Part shown: positions 19,579-30,410 of the stretch, one piece after another
Layout of the letters: every line of letters begins with the position of its first letter
How positions within the stretch are numbered: position 1 is the first letter of the stretch
Assembly (NCBI GenBank): GCA_944349515.1
Contig: CALVNE010000001.1
Coordinates: 87,232-151,231, forward strand
DNA: 64,000 nucleotides
Source: an uncultured Clostridia bacterium
Lineage (GTDB): Bacteria > Bacillota > Clostridia > Christensenellales > UBA1242
Reading direction: 5' to 3'
The notes under the pieces: generated by a model
Told to the model about the DNA's origin: nothing
What the model saw: the letters and a program-made list of their open reading frames with translations, nothing else
Database searches by the model: none
Position numbers and translations under genes: made by a program

Positions 19579-21669
19579 ATGGCTACCGATTTAACTATGG
19601 TGCGTAACGTGGGTATTATGGCTCACATTGACGCTGGTAAGACCACAACCACCGAAAGAATTTTGTTCTATACAGGTAAAAGTCACAAAATCGGCGAAGT
19701 GCATGATGGTCAAGCTACCATGGACTGGATGGCTCAGGAGCAAGAGCGTGGTATCACAATCACATCTGCCTGCACCACTTGCTTTTGGAAGGATCACAAG
19801 ATCAACATCATCGACACTCCGGGACACGTTGACTTCACCGTGGAAGTTGAGCGCTCGCTTAAGGTTTTGGACGGCGCCGTGCTTGTTTTGAGTGCGCGCG
19901 ACAAGGTTCAGCCACAAACGGAAACCGTTTGGCGTCAATCTTCCAAATACAAAGTGCCGACTATCATCTATGTAAACAAGATGGATAGAGATGCTGCTGA
20001 CTTTTTTGGTTGTGTAGATTCCATTAGAGAGAGACTTAAAACCAATCCTCTTCCAATTCAAATGCCAATCGGCGCTGCTGAAACTTTCAGCGGAATTATC
20101 GACCTTCTCAACATGAAGGCGGAAATCTATGAGGACGACCTTGGTAAGGTTTTCGATGTTACCGATATTCCAGCCGAATACAAAGATGAGGCGCAGAAAC
20201 TTCACGACGAAATCGTGGAAAAGATTGTCGAAACTGATGACGCCCTTCTTTCAAAGTATTTTGACGGCGAGGAAATCACAGTTGACGAACTTAAAAAGGC
20301 GATTAGAAATGCCACAATTTCACGAAAATTGACACCTGTTCTTTGCGGTTCTTCCTATAAGAATAAAGGTGTGCAGATGCTTCTCGATGCTATGGTGGAA
20401 TATCTTCCATCTCCACTCGACATCGACCACATCGAGGGCGTAAACCCTGAAACAGGCGAAACCGAAACAAGAGCGCCAAGTGAGGACGCTCCGTTTGCTG
20501 GACTTGCCTTCAAAATCATGACCGACCCATTCGTTGGCCGACTTGCTTTCTTCCGTGTTTACTCCGGTAAACTCATTGCTGGCAGTTATGTTTATAACTC
20601 CAACAAGGGCGAGAAGGAGAGAGTTGGGCGTTTAATTCGTATGCATGCTAACCAAAGAGAGGAAATCAAAGAGGTGGGCGCAGGTGACATTGCCGCTATT
20701 GTTGGTCTTAAAGACACCATAACCGGCGAAACCCTCTGCGACGAAAAACATCCAATCGTGCTTGAGAGCATGGACTTCCCAGACCCGGTTATCCGCGTGG
20801 CAATTGAGCCTAAAACCAAACTTATGCAAGAAAAAATGGTGCTTGCACTTGTTAAACTTGCAGAAGAGGACCCAACCTTTAAGACCTACACCGACCAAGA
20901 GACGGGACAGACAATTATAGCTGGTATGGGCGAACTTCACCTTGAAATTATTGTTGACCGACTTCTACGTGAATTTAAGGTGGAAGCAAATGTAGGCGCG
21001 CCACAAGTTGCTTACAAGGAAACAATCAAGAAGCCTGCTCATGCTGAAGGCAAATTCGTGCGTCAGAGCGGTGGTAAAGGTCAATATGGTCACTGCGTTA
21101 TTGACATCGAACCAGTGCCTGCAGGAACTCATCTTGAGGATGCTGAGCGCTTTATCGACAAGACGGTGGGTGGCTCCATTCCTAAGGAATACATCCAACC
21201 AGTATTCAACGGAATTAAGGAAGCCGCTAAAAATGGTATCCTTGCTGGATATGAGGTTGTTGACTACAAAATTACCCTCCTTGATGGTTCCTACCACGAA
21301 GTTGACTCTTCCGAAATGGCGTTCAAGATTGCTGGCTCTATGGCGTTCAAAGAAGCGTGCGCTAAGGCTGACCCAGTGCTACTTGAGCCTATCATGAAGG
21401 TGCAAGTAGAAGTGCCAGATGAGTATCTTGGAACGGTTATGGGCAACATCACATCACGTCGAGGGCTACTCACTGGTAACGAAACCCGTCCAGGCGTTCA
21501 AGTTGTCAACGCTGAAGTGCCACTTGGAGAAATGTTTGGTTATGCAACTGACCTTCGTTCGCAATCGCAAGGGCGTGGTAACTTCACGATGGAGTTCTTA
21601 AAGTATGCCGAAGTGCCTAGAAATATCGCAGAAGGTATTATCGGTCAACGCAAAAAGGCAGAAAATTAA
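19579..21669 (+). CDS. fusA: Elongation factor G
   Basis: It has the [13 protein letters not shown]1 motif and DTPGHVDF. It is 696 aa. Confidence 0.98.
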
Positions 21670-21759
21670 AAATTTTTAAAAAAGTTGCGAAAAACGTTTT
21701 GAAATTTTGAAAATATATGATATTATATCAAAGTAGAATAAAAAAAGGAGATTTTAAAA

Positions 21760-22962
21760 ATGGCTACAGAAAAATTTGATAGATCTAAACCACACGTTAA
21801 CGTCGGAACTATCGGACACGTTGACCACGGTAAAACAACTTTAACAGCGGCTATCACAACTTATTCCGCTCTTAAAGGTCTTGCTGAAGCACAAAGATAT
21901 GACCAAATCGACAAGGCTCCAGAAGAAAAAGCAAGAGGAATCACAATCAACACCGCTCACGTTGAGTATCAGACCGCTAAGCGCCACTATGCTCACGTAG
22001 ACTGCCCGGGACACGCTGACTATGTTAAGAACATGATCACAGGTGCTGCTCAAATGGACGGCGCTATCCTCGTTGTTGCTGCAACAGATGGTCCTATGCC
22101 TCAAACTAGAGAGCATATCCTTCTTGCTCGTCAGGTTGGCGTTCCCTATATCGTTGTGTTCATGAACAAAACCGATCAAGTTGACGATCCTGAACTTCTT
22201 GAACTCGTTGAAATGGAAATTAGAGATTTGCTCACTGAATACGGCTTCCCAGGAGGCAAAACTCCTATTATCAAGGGTTCCGCTTTGAAGGCACTTGAAG
22301 CAGCTCAGGCTGGCAAGGTTGATGACCCTGCTTGCGCTTGCATCCAAGAACTTCTTGACGCTCTTGACACATACATTCCAGAGCCTGTTCGTGACACAGA
22401 CAAGCCTTTCTTAATGCCTGTTGAAGATGTGTTTACAATCACAGGACGTGGAACAGTTGCTACTGGTAGAGTTGAGAGAGGTGTTGTTCACATCAATGAT
22501 ACAGTTGAAATTGTTGGTCTCGGTCAAAAGAAACAAACAGTTATCACTGGTGTTGAAATGTTCAGAAAACTTCTTGACGAAGGTCGTGCAGGAGATAATG
22601 TTGGTCTTCTTCTTCGTGGTATTCAAAGAAACGAAATCGAAAGAGGACAAGTTATCTGCAAACCTGGTTCAATTCACCCACACACCAAGTTCACTGCTGA
22701 GGTTTACGTGTTGAAGAAAGAAGAAGGCGGACGTCACACACCATTCTTCAATGGTTACAGACCACAATTCTACTTCAGAACAACTGACGTTACCGGAACA
22801 ATTGAACTTGAAAAGGGCGTTGAAATGGTTATGCCTGGTGATAATGTAAGAATGACAATCACTCTTATCACACCTATCGCTATTGAACAAGGACTTCGTT
22901 TCGCTATTCGTGAAGGCGGAAGAACAGTTGGGTCTGGTGTTGTTTCTTCAATTATCGAGTAA
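21760..22962 (+). CDS. tuf: Elongation factor Tu
   Basis: It has the [18 protein letters not shown] and NKTD motifs. It is 400 aa. Confidence 0.98.
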
Positions 22963-23030
22963 TTGAATTAAATAACTTGAAAAAGTTATAACCATAGGAG
23001 GGTTCTCCAAACTGATATTAAGCAAAAAAA

Positions 23031-23058
23031 AGACTTTCTTAAACGAAAGCCTTTTTTT
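23031..23058 (+). terminator. tuf terminator
   Basis: AGACTTTC-ttaaac-GAAAGCCT (one mismatch) is followed by T7. Confidence 0.6.
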
Positions 23059-23217
23059 GTTGTGAAAGTTTGTATGCTAATCTAAAATTATTTTTGTCAC
23101 ATATTAGATTTATAAAAAATTAAATTAATCGTGGCAGTGAATTTTTGAATAGGTCTAAATTTTTGACAAATATTTTGCTTTTATGCGGTTTAAAAGGTCT
23201 AAATAGTGCCGTTTTGT

Positions 23218-23246
23218 TTGCGTGATTTATTTTGTTATGTTATAAT
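23218..23246 (+). promoter_or_regulatory. Promoter, TTGCGT-17-TGtTATAAT
   Basis: It has an extended -10 and lies 44 nt upstream of the sepF ATG. Confidence 0.5.
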
Positions 23247-23289
23247 TATGAATAGTAGAATAAGAATTCCATTTATTAGGGGTGTGTTT

Positions 23290-23655
23290 ATGAAATTTAT
23301 GGATATTTTTTATAAGGCGCTGGGCTTTGAAACGGACGATGTGAAGGTGACGAAGAAAAAGGTGGTCAAAAATGGAGCGTCATATAACTTAAAAGTAAGC
23401 GAAAATTTACCAGACGAAATCGACGGCGTGCACGTTTATTATCCCGAAACGTTGGACGATTGCCGAGATAGGGTGGAACTACTTAAAAAAGATACTCCGT
23501 TCATTCTTGACCTACGACACTGCGGTGGGAGCGAAAAGCATAAGATTTTGGACTATTATAGCGGTGTTTTAGATGTTTTGGGTGCAAAACACGAGATGGT
23601 TGACAAAAATTTGTATATTTTCCTACCTAAAAATTTCGAAATCGAGATTGATTAG
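23290..23655 (+). CDS. sepF: Cell division protein SepF
   Basis: It starts MKFMDIFYKALGFETDD. The C-terminal DUF552-like core reads VHVYYPETLDDCRDRVELLKKDTPFILDL...YSGVLDVLGAKHEMVDKNLYIFLP. The RBS is AGGGGG. Confidence 0.75.
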   Translation: MKFMDIFYKALGFETDDVKVTKKKVVKNGASYNLKVSENLPDEIDGVHVYYPETLDDCRDRVELLKKDTPFILDLRHCGGSEKHKILDYYSGVLDVLGAKHEMVDKNLYIFLPKNFEIEID

Positions 23656-23820
23656 GATATTTGCATTTGGTTGGTTTTTAATCCTTTCACTTTTAGTATT
23701 TTAGAAATTTAAAAACATATCTTATTGATAAGATAATGATGTTATATAATGATACTTGTAATAAATGATTATATTAAAATAACTACTTATAATTTTAAGA
23801 TTTTATTTTTTAGGGGTTTT

Positions 23821-24564
23821 ATGAAAAAGAGTTTACGAAACAAAATTATTGTGCTTTCTGTTTTCATTGTCGTCATTTTGGCGCTTGATTTGGTGACCAA
23901 ATATGTTTTCGACGGTATGTATGAGGAGGGAACTGGTGTCAGCCTTGGCATTTTCAACCTCATTATCGTGCATAACCATGGCGCGGCGTGGGGTATATTT
24001 TCGGGAAATCAAGTGGGACTGGTGATTTTGAGTGTGGCAATTTTGGCGTTCTTTGTTTGGTACTATGTTTCTGACAAGAAAAAAAGTTGGCTCCTCACCG
24101 TCACCTTCGCCTTTCTGTGCGCGGGGTGCGTTGGTAATCTCTACGATAGGCTGGTGTTCGGGTATGTGCGCGACTTTATTCAATTCGCCTTTTGGCAAAG
24201 TTTTCCTGTTTTTAACTTTGCTGATGTATTTTTGACGTTTGGCGTTATAATGTTTGCCATACATCTTATCATTTTCTTGTGCAAAAAAGAGAAGGTGCCG
24301 GCGGTTAATGACCCCGTCGGCAAAATCACCATTGAGGAGCCGTCGGAGCAAGGTGTGTCCAAAAAATCATCAGAAAAAGTTGTTGATTTGGAAGAAAAGA
24401 CGGGGGAGGAATCTGAAAATCTGTCCTCTTCCAATACGAAAAATGCTGAAGGTGAAGAAATTGCAGTGAAAGCTTCGGATGCTAAGAAAAACGAATTTAA
24501 GGAGCGAAGCTTAAATAAAAACGCCGATGTGACGAGCGATAAACGGAAGAAAATTGATGAGTGA
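23821..24564 (+). CDS. lspA: Lipoprotein signal peptidase II with a ~90-aa charged C-terminal extension
   Basis: It has VHNHGAAWGIF and NLYDRLVFGYVRDFI...FNFAD motifs. The tail after about aa 155 is rich in E, K and S. Confidence 0.88.
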   Translation: MKKSLRNKIIVLSVFIVVILALDLVTKYVFDGMYEEGTGVSLGIFNLIIVHNHGAAWGIFSGNQVGLVILSVAILAFFVWYYVSDKKKSWLLTVTFAFLCAGCVGNLYDRLVFGYVRDFIQFAFWQSFPVFNFADVFLTFGVIMFAIHLIIFLCKKEKVPAVNDPVGKITIEEPSEQGVSKKSSEKVVDLEEKTGEESENLSSSNTKNAEGEEIAVKASDAKKNEFKERSLNKNADVTSDKRKKIDE

Positions 24565-25465
24565 AGAAAATTTTTTAATTGAAAACGAGGGAGTAGGGGA
24601 GCGGTTGGATATCTTTTTGCAACACAAATTCCCCTCTTTTTCGCGCTCGCATATCAAAAATATGATTGAAAAAAACTGCGTTTTTGTGAATGGTAAGCAA
24701 GTTAAAAGTGGATATAAGTTGAGAGAAAACGATAAAATTTCAGTCACAATCAAGGCGCCAGAAAAAATTTCCACCGAAGAAGAGGACGTGCCGTTTGATA
24801 TCATTTATGAGGACGACGATGTGGTGGTGGTCAACAAACCGCAGGGGTTAGTGGTTCATCCGTGTACCTCGACAAAGAGTGGCACGCTGGTCAATGGGTT
24901 ACTGCACAGGGTTAAAAATTTGAGCGGGATTAATGGCGTGTTGCGTCCGGGCATAGTGCATAGACTTGATAAGGACACGAGTGGACTGCTCGTTGTGGCG
25001 AAAAACGATAAGGCGCACATCGCTCTTCAAGAGCAAATCAAGAATAAAACTTGTAAGCGCATATATTTGGCGGTTCTAACTGGCAATTTAAAGGAAGATA
25101 GTGGCGAAATTGTCACGAAAATTGCGCGCGATAAGAAAGATAGGAAAAAAATGGCTGTCGCGGACGTCGGGCGGGAGGCGATAACGAATTACCGCGTGCT
25201 AGAACGCTTCAAAGACGCTTGCCTTGTTGAGTTTTTACTAAAAACCGGGCGTACCCATCAAATTCGCGTCCATGCCAAATATCTAAATCACCCTATTGTG
25301 GGCGATAAGGTCTATGGCAAAGAGGTAAAAGGACTGAATGGGCAACTTCTTCACGCTTATAAACTTTCCTTCATCCACCCAACAACGGGCAAAGAGGTAA
25401 GTTTCACCGCTCCACTTCCAGATTATTTTGAAAATTATCTACAAAAACTTAGAAAAAGTGTTTGA
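24554..25465 (+). CDS. rluD: RluA-family 23S rRNA pseudouridine synthase (RluD-like)
   Basis: It has an S4 domain, HRLDKDTSGLLVVAK, and GRTHQIRVH. It overlaps the lspA stop codon. Confidence 0.88.
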   Translation: MMSEENFLIENEGVGERLDIFLQHKFPSFSRSHIKNMIEKNCVFVNGKQVKSGYKLRENDKISVTIKAPEKISTEEEDVPFDIIYEDDDVVVVNKPQGLVVHPCTSTKSGTLVNGLLHRVKNLSGINGVLRPGIVHRLDKDTSGLLVVAKNDKAHIALQEQIKNKTCKRIYLAVLTGNLKEDSGEIVTKIARDKKDRKKMAVADVGREAITNYRVLERFKDACLVEFLLKTGRTHQIRVHAKYLNHPIVGDKVYGKEVKGLNGQLLHAYKLSFIHPTTGKEVSFTAPLPDYFENYLQKLRKSV

Positions 25466-25560
25466 AAATTTCGATTTTTATGCTAATACATTAAACATCG
25501 TAAATTTGTGGGGGGGGGTAGATAGAAATTCTCATTAATTTATTGCAGATTAAACAAAAC

Positions 25561-25603
25561 AAACCTCCTGTGATAAATTCAATTTATCACAATAGGTTTT
25601 TTT
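25561..25603 (+). terminator. rluD terminator
   Basis: AAACCT..TGTGATAAAT-tca-ATTTATCACA..AGGTTT is followed by T7. Confidence 0.75.
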
Positions 25604-25736
25604 AACGGTCCGCTTTTCTAGGGATAGGCTACACAAAAGGTTTTTTACTGTTTAGTTTGTTGGGTGATGTTCGCATATCTGGTGGTTTTGTTATAAAACA
25701 AACAAAAGCCCTCGTCTTATCGACTCGGATTATTTT

Positions 25737-25767
25737 TGGAGCTAACGGCGGGATTCGAACCCGCGAC
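25737..25767 (-). pseudogene. tRNA-Thr 3' fragment (T-arm, acceptor 3' strand and CCA), a duplicate of 25965-25995
   Basis: A 31-nt exact copy, TGGAGCTAACGGCGGGATTCGAACCCGCGAC. Upstream sequence cannot form the acceptor, D or anticodon arms. Confidence 0.85.
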
Positions 25768-25964
25768 GGCGTCGCTTACTTTTCTATTTATTCCGTTTGT
25801 CTTGCGCCAAACGTCAAATTTACGAAAAGACGCTCCTTTTCCCAAAAAAATATATTTTTTCGGGGACCCGCTAAAATCGACAGGTCGCGTTCAGTGTCTT
25901 TGTTAAGAATGGCGCTTGTTTAAAACAAACTAAAAAATCCTCACCTTTCTGGTTCGGATTTTTT

Positions 25965-26040
25965 TGGAGCTAACGGCGGGATTCGAACCCGCGACCTGTC
26001 GATTACGAATCGACTGCTCTACCGACTGAGCCACGTTAGC
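25965..26040 (-). tRNA. tRNA-Thr (anticodon CGU) with encoded CCA
   Basis: The minus-strand sequence is GCTAACGTGGCTCAGTCGGTAGAGCAGTCGATTCGTAATCGACAGGTCGCGGGTTCGAATCCCGCCGTTAGCTCCA. It folds as a cloverleaf with anticodon loop TTCGTAA. Confidence 0.9.
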
Positions 26041-26057
26041 ATTGCAACCTCTTATTT

Positions 26058-26086
26058 ATTATAATCATTTTTATGGTGATTGTCAA
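26058..26086 (-). promoter_or_regulatory. Perfect consensus promoter for tRNA-Thr (minus strand)
   Basis: The minus strand reads TTGACA (26086-26081), 17 nt, then TATAAT (26063-26058). Confidence 0.65.
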
Positions 26087-26185
26087 TGAAATTTGAAACA
26101 TTATATTTTTTCTTTTATTTGTTATACTAGTTATATTGACTTTTTCTGGGCGTAGCGGTATAATGCCATAAAAGGATATTTTGTG

Positions 26186-27484
26186 ATGAAAAGTTTAATT
26201 GAAGGAAAACACGGGCTGAAAATTTTATATATGCAAGATAAAAGTGTTGAAGGGGTGGCGGTCATTCTTAGGTTTAATGCCGGCTCGCTGAATGAGAGTG
26301 CGGGGAAACAGGGACTTGCGCACCTTGTTGAGCATTGTTTAACAACCTTTTCCAATGAGGTGTACACAAAGAAAGAACTCAACGATTCGCTGAGTTATTT
26401 TCCTTACAAAAATGCCTTCACCGGGCTGAGGGAAATGGATTTTGTGGGGCTTTGCAACAAAAATGATTTTGAACTTCTTATTAACCAATTTACCTCTGGT
26501 TTTACGGAGTTTGCCAATCTGAATGAAGAACTTCTTGAGGAAAAAAAGGTGGTTTTGCAAGAGATTGTCACGCGGGTAAAGAAAAACTCTAGGTTGGCGC
26601 CAAGAATTTTCGTTCGAAAGATGAGAAAAGAGAAAAATTTTAGGCGCTTAAAAGAAGAGGTTGTGCTTGGGAGCGAGGATAGTATTAAAAAACTAAGGGC
26701 GAAGGATATTATTGACTATAAAAACAAATTTTTTGGACTAAACAACGCTATCTTGTGTGTGGCGGGGAATGTTTCTTTGAAAAAAGTGAAAAAAGTGTGC
26801 GAAAAATACATATATGCGCGCCTTAAAAGCGAGGGCGAAAAGGGTTTTTCCTACGAAGAAAGTTTGCCGATTAGGGAAAATATGCTTATTAAAGAAGAAT
26901 CTTTGGAAGAACAAAAATCGCTACTTCAAGTTGATTGGCGCTATGATGATGCGCCTAAGTTTATCACACGTAAGGAGGGGTGCGAGAACGCCATTTTGAG
27001 CAACATCTTCTCTTCTATGGCGTTTGACAAATTTCGAACGAAAAATTCGGCTTGTTACAGTGTGAGTTTAAAAACGTACGCAGAATTTAAGGACAGAATG
27101 GTTTCCTTTCAAGTGGAGTGTTCGCATGATAAGGTTCAAAAAAATTATCAACTTTTACTGGAACTGATTGAGGAAATTAAAACAAAAGGGCTGTCGCAAA
27201 AATTGTTTGAATTCGAGCGCAAAAGTTATTTGGACGGCTATGGGCTGGACGCCACTCCGCTTGTTAGAAGAGCGCAGAATGCTGTCGACAGATACTCGCT
27301 CTATGGTGTTCCTATCACAGCCAAAACGCTTAGGCGCGAGAGGTTACAATTTGAAAAATTTTCCTTTGAGGAGGCGAACAAAGAGGCGCAACGAAGGTTT
27401 AAAGGCAAGCCAAATATCATACTTTTGACAAAAAATGAGATAAAAATTGATGAAAGTAAAGTTAAGGTATTGCTATTAAAATAG
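26186..27484 (+). CDS. M16 (pitrilysin/insulinase) family zinc peptidase
   Basis: It has the inverted zinc motif HLVEH (GLAHLVEHCL). It is about 430 aa. Confidence 0.75.
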   Translation: MKSLIEGKHGLKILYMQDKSVEGVAVILRFNAGSLNESAGKQGLAHLVEHCLTTFSNEVYTKKELNDSLSYFPYKNAFTGLREMDFVGLCNKNDFELLINQFTSGFTEFANLNEELLEEKKVVLQEIVTRVKKNSRLAPRIFVRKMRKEKNFRRLKEEVVLGSEDSIKKLRAKDIIDYKNKFFGLNNAILCVAGNVSLKKVKKVCEKYIYARLKSEGEKGFSYEESLPIRENMLIKEESLEEQKSLLQVDWRYDDAPKFITRKEGCENAILSNIFSSMAFDKFRTKNSACYSVSLKTYAEFKDRMVSFQVECSHDKVQKNYQLLLELIEEIKTKGLSQKLFEFERKSYLDGYGLDATPLVRRAQNAVDRYSLYGVPITAKTLRRERLQFEKFSFEEANKEAQRRFKGKPNIILLTKNEIKIDESKVKVLLLK

Positions 27485-27562
27485 TTTTGTGGTATAATAT
27501 CAGGGTTGCGTTTGGGAAGATTTCGAAACGTAAGCGCATAAATATATCTTATTGGAGTGGAA

Positions 27563-28240
27563 ATGAATAGTTTAAATAAATGTAACAATTTTGTTAGCGC
27601 CATTGATAAAGAGGCTTGGAAAGAATTTGTCAACCAACTTATCATTGAAGATAGTTTTGGCATTGAAGATTTTTACGAGACTATCGATTTGGGAAGATTT
27701 TCTGACAGCGCTAACGAGACGCTTGAAAGGCAATTTAACCAAATTAGAAAATGGCGAGAAGAGGGAATTTATCTTATTTTTCGGACGGCATATGAAACCT
27801 TGCCACAGTTTAGCCAAGAGTGGACGACGAATTCAATGCACGTTTTCGTCTTTATGCCAACGAACACGAGTTATGTTTTTGAAAAATTGCCTTTTAGTTG
27901 GGTGACGCCAAAAAATGATGAGGAATTGGCAAAAAATTTTGAAAAATATAGTGCGCGTGTTAGGGCTCATATTTCCAAGTTAATTAAAAAAATGAATGAG
28001 TTTGATATAAATGAAGGCTACATCAATTTTGTTTTCGACAATGTGCCGGAAGAAAGTAAGGCGGAATATGTTGCCTATTTGAACAAGCAGTTGGCGCGAA
28101 ACAAAAAGTATTATAGACCTCCTGAACCGGGCGAGAAGTCTAGGGTTTGGGGCGATGATGTTGTTTCAACGATTAACAGTTTGCGTACTCGTAAAGCGCC
28201 AGAGTTAAACACTTACCGTGAAGAAAGGCAAAAGGTGTAA
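27563..28240 (+). CDS. Hypothetical protein (225 aa)
   Basis: GGAG lies 5 nt before the ATG at 27563. I recognise no family. Confidence 0.55.
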   Translation: MNSLNKCNNFVSAIDKEAWKEFVNQLIIEDSFGIEDFYETIDLGRFSDSANETLERQFNQIRKWREEGIYLIFRTAYETLPQFSQEWTTNSMHVFVFMPTNTSYVFEKLPFSWVTPKNDEELAKNFEKYSARVRAHISKLIKKMNEFDINEGYINFVFDNVPEESKAEYVAYLNKQLARNKKYYRPPEPGEKSRVWGDDVVSTINSLRTRKAPELNTYREERQKV

Positions 28241-28482
28241 CGGACAAAATAAATATGCAGAAATGTTTTGCATAATTTTGTAAAATGTGCTTTAACAAAA
28301 TTACTAAATTATTAAAATATTTTACAAAATTATGTTAGCGTTTTGGTGTTCTGCTTAATTAAAATATGATAAATTACAAATGTATACAAAATTGGAAGTT
28401 TATCTTCCTTTTTTTTAATATTTTGCCTAAAGTGTTTGGAAAAATGTTTTGTTTATGCTAAAATCTAGTTTGAGGATTTAGC

Positions 28483-30384
28483 ATGAGTAAAAGAAAATGT
28501 CTTTTTTGGATAAACTTTATTTTGGCACTTGCAATAATTGCGATTGATGTCTGCTTCATTGTGTTTAATACACCTTATATTTACAAAACAACGGCTAGCG
28601 GATTGTTCGTGCTACTCGGCGCCGTAAACTTTGCCTTCGCCTTTTTCGTGGGGAAAGAGAGGAGCGGGGTATTTAAGTATCTTATGCTTACCGCTCTCGC
28701 TTTCGCCTGTGCGGGCGATATTGTGCTGATTAGTAATTTTATGGTCGGCGCCATACTTTTTGGGGTGGGTCACATCTTTTTCTTCATTGCCTACTCTTTC
28801 CTGGTCAAACTGCATTGGCGCGACCTTGTCATTTCGCTTATCATCTTTGGCGTGGCGCTAATTGTTATTTTGGTACCGAAGATTTTTACATTTGGCAATA
28901 TGCTTCCTATCGTCATTGTGTACGCGCTTATCATTTCTTTCATGCTGGGCAAATCTATTTCTAACCTCTTTTCAAAGGCGTATTTTTCTAAGAATTTCCT
29001 TATTTTCCTTGGCAGTTTGCTCTTCTTCCTTTCCGACTTGATGCTGCTTTTCTATGTTTTTGCCGACGTGGGTTATATCTTCGACATACTCTGCCGTGCG
29101 CTCTATTATCCGGCAGAAATTTTGCTGGCAATTTCCATAACATACAGCGGGCGTGACGACAAGGAAATGGGTGTGTTCAAGAAGATGTATTGTCGCATTT
29201 TTCAGCAGTTTTTTCACTTAATGATACCACTTTTGCCGTACCGTCAACCGAAAATTTTGGAGAGTATGGACGAAGTTGTTGAAGTTTTGAAAGCGAAGGG
29301 GATTTCTAAGGTTTTGCTTGTGTCGGACAAGTCAATTATGAAGTTGGGGCTGACAAAGGAACTTGAAGAAAAGGTAGAAAAAGCGAAAATTTCACTTTTT
29401 ATTTTCGATGATGTCTTGCCGAATCCTACAACGCAAATGGTGGAAGAAGGACTGAAAATCTATAATCAAAATGGTTGCGAGGGCGCCATTGCTTTTGGCG
29501 GTGGAAGTGTTATGGACACCGCGAAGGTGATACTCGCAAGGCACGTCTATCCGAATAAGAGCGTCAATAAAATGAAGGGGCTTTTGAAGGTGAATAAAAA
29601 GTTGCCACCACTTTTTGCCGTTCCAACCACGGCGGGAACGGGTAGCGAAACAACGCTGGCAGCAGTCATCACCGACGCCAACACGCACGATAAGTACGCC
29701 ATAAACAGTTTTCCGCTCATTCCGCACTATGCTGTTTTAGATTACAAAACAACCCTGAATCTTCCAAAAAATATCACCTCCACCACCGGCATGGACGCGC
29801 TCACCCACGCCGTAGAGGCGTATATTGGCAAGTCCACCACGCGTCTTACGAGGGATATGTCGGAGAAGGCGGTTAAACTTATTGTGGAAAATCTGAAAAC
29901 TTGCTATGATGAACCGACAAATATAACGGCGCGCGAAAATATGCTTAGGGCGTCCTACTATGCCGGCGTGAGTTTCACCATTTCGTATGTGGGATATGTG
30001 CACGCCATTGCGCACTCGCTGGGCGGGCAGTACGGCACACCTCACGGCTTTGCAAATGCGGTTATTCTTCCTCATGTGCTGAAAAAATATGGCAAGTCCG
30101 TCGAGAAAAGATTGGCAAAATTAGCAAGAATTTCCGGCGTTGCCTTAACTTTCGACGACGATAGCACGGCGTCTGATAAATTTATTGCATATATTGAAGA
30201 ACTTAATTCCCACTTTAATATTCCAACCACAATTTCCGATTTAAAAGAGGAGGACATCGAAAAGTTGGCGCGCCATGCAGACAAGGAGGCAAACCCGCTC
30301 TATCCTGTTCCAAAACTTTATGGCGCCGCGGAACTTATGGAAATTTACGAAGAATTGTTGACTAAAAATAATTCAAGTTACTAA
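28483..30384 (+). CDS. Fusion protein: N-terminal YhhN-family (lysoplasmalogenase-type) membrane domain plus C-terminal iron-containing alcohol dehydrogenase
   Basis: N-terminal domain (about 225 aa):
- It is multi-TM.
- It carries YhhN-like motifs AGDIVLI, GAILFGVGHIFFFIAY and FFLSDLMLL.

C-terminal domain (about 400 aa):
- It is a complete Fe-ADH.
- It carries GGGSVMDTAKV, PTTAGTGSE and HAIAHSLGG motifs. Confidence 0.8.
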   Translation: MSKRKCLFWINFILALAIIAIDVCFIVFNTPYIYKTTASGLFVLLGAVNFAFAFFVGKERSGVFKYLMLTALAFACAGDIVLISNFMVGAILFGVGHIFFFIAYSFLVKLHWRDLVISLIIFGVALIVILVPKIFTFGNMLPIVIVYALIISFMLGKSISNLFSKAYFSKNFLIFLGSLLFFLSDLMLLFYVFADVGYIFDILCRALYYPAEILLAISITYSGRDDKEMGVFKKMYCRIFQQFFHLMIPLLPYRQPKILESMDEVVEVLKAKGISKVLLVSDKSIMKLGLTKELEEKVEKAKISLFIFDDVLPNPTTQMVEEGLKIYNQNGCEGAIAFGGGSVMDTAKVILARHVYPNKSVNKMKGLLKVNKKLPPLFAVPTTAGTGSETTLAAVITDANTHDKYAINSFPLIPHYAVLDYKTTLNLPKNITSTTGMDALTHAVEAYIGKSTTRLTRDMSEKAVKLIVENLKTCYDEPTNITARENMLRASYYAGVSFTISYVGYVHAIAHSLGGQYGTPHGFANAVILPHVLKKYGKSVEKRLAKLARISGVALTFDDDSTASDKFIAYIEELNSHFNIPTTISDLKEEDIEKLARHADKEANPLYPVPKLYGAAELMEIYEELLTKNNSSY

Positions 30385-30410
30385 ACCAAAAGTAAAAAAG
30401 GACAATTGTT

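Noticed and set aside
25657-25923. The 88-aa ORF in the track across the tRNA-Thr fragment region.
   Set aside because: It reads through the antisense of the tRNA 3' fragment (GANGGIRTRD) and has no RBS. It is spurious.
25737-25930. tmRNA, or an intron-containing tRNA ending in the duplicated T-arm/CCA.
   Set aside because: No 5' acceptor partner (GCTAACG) is present, nor a tag-peptide reading frame ending in ALAA-type codons. The region is far too short for tmRNA, and no group I intron core is present.
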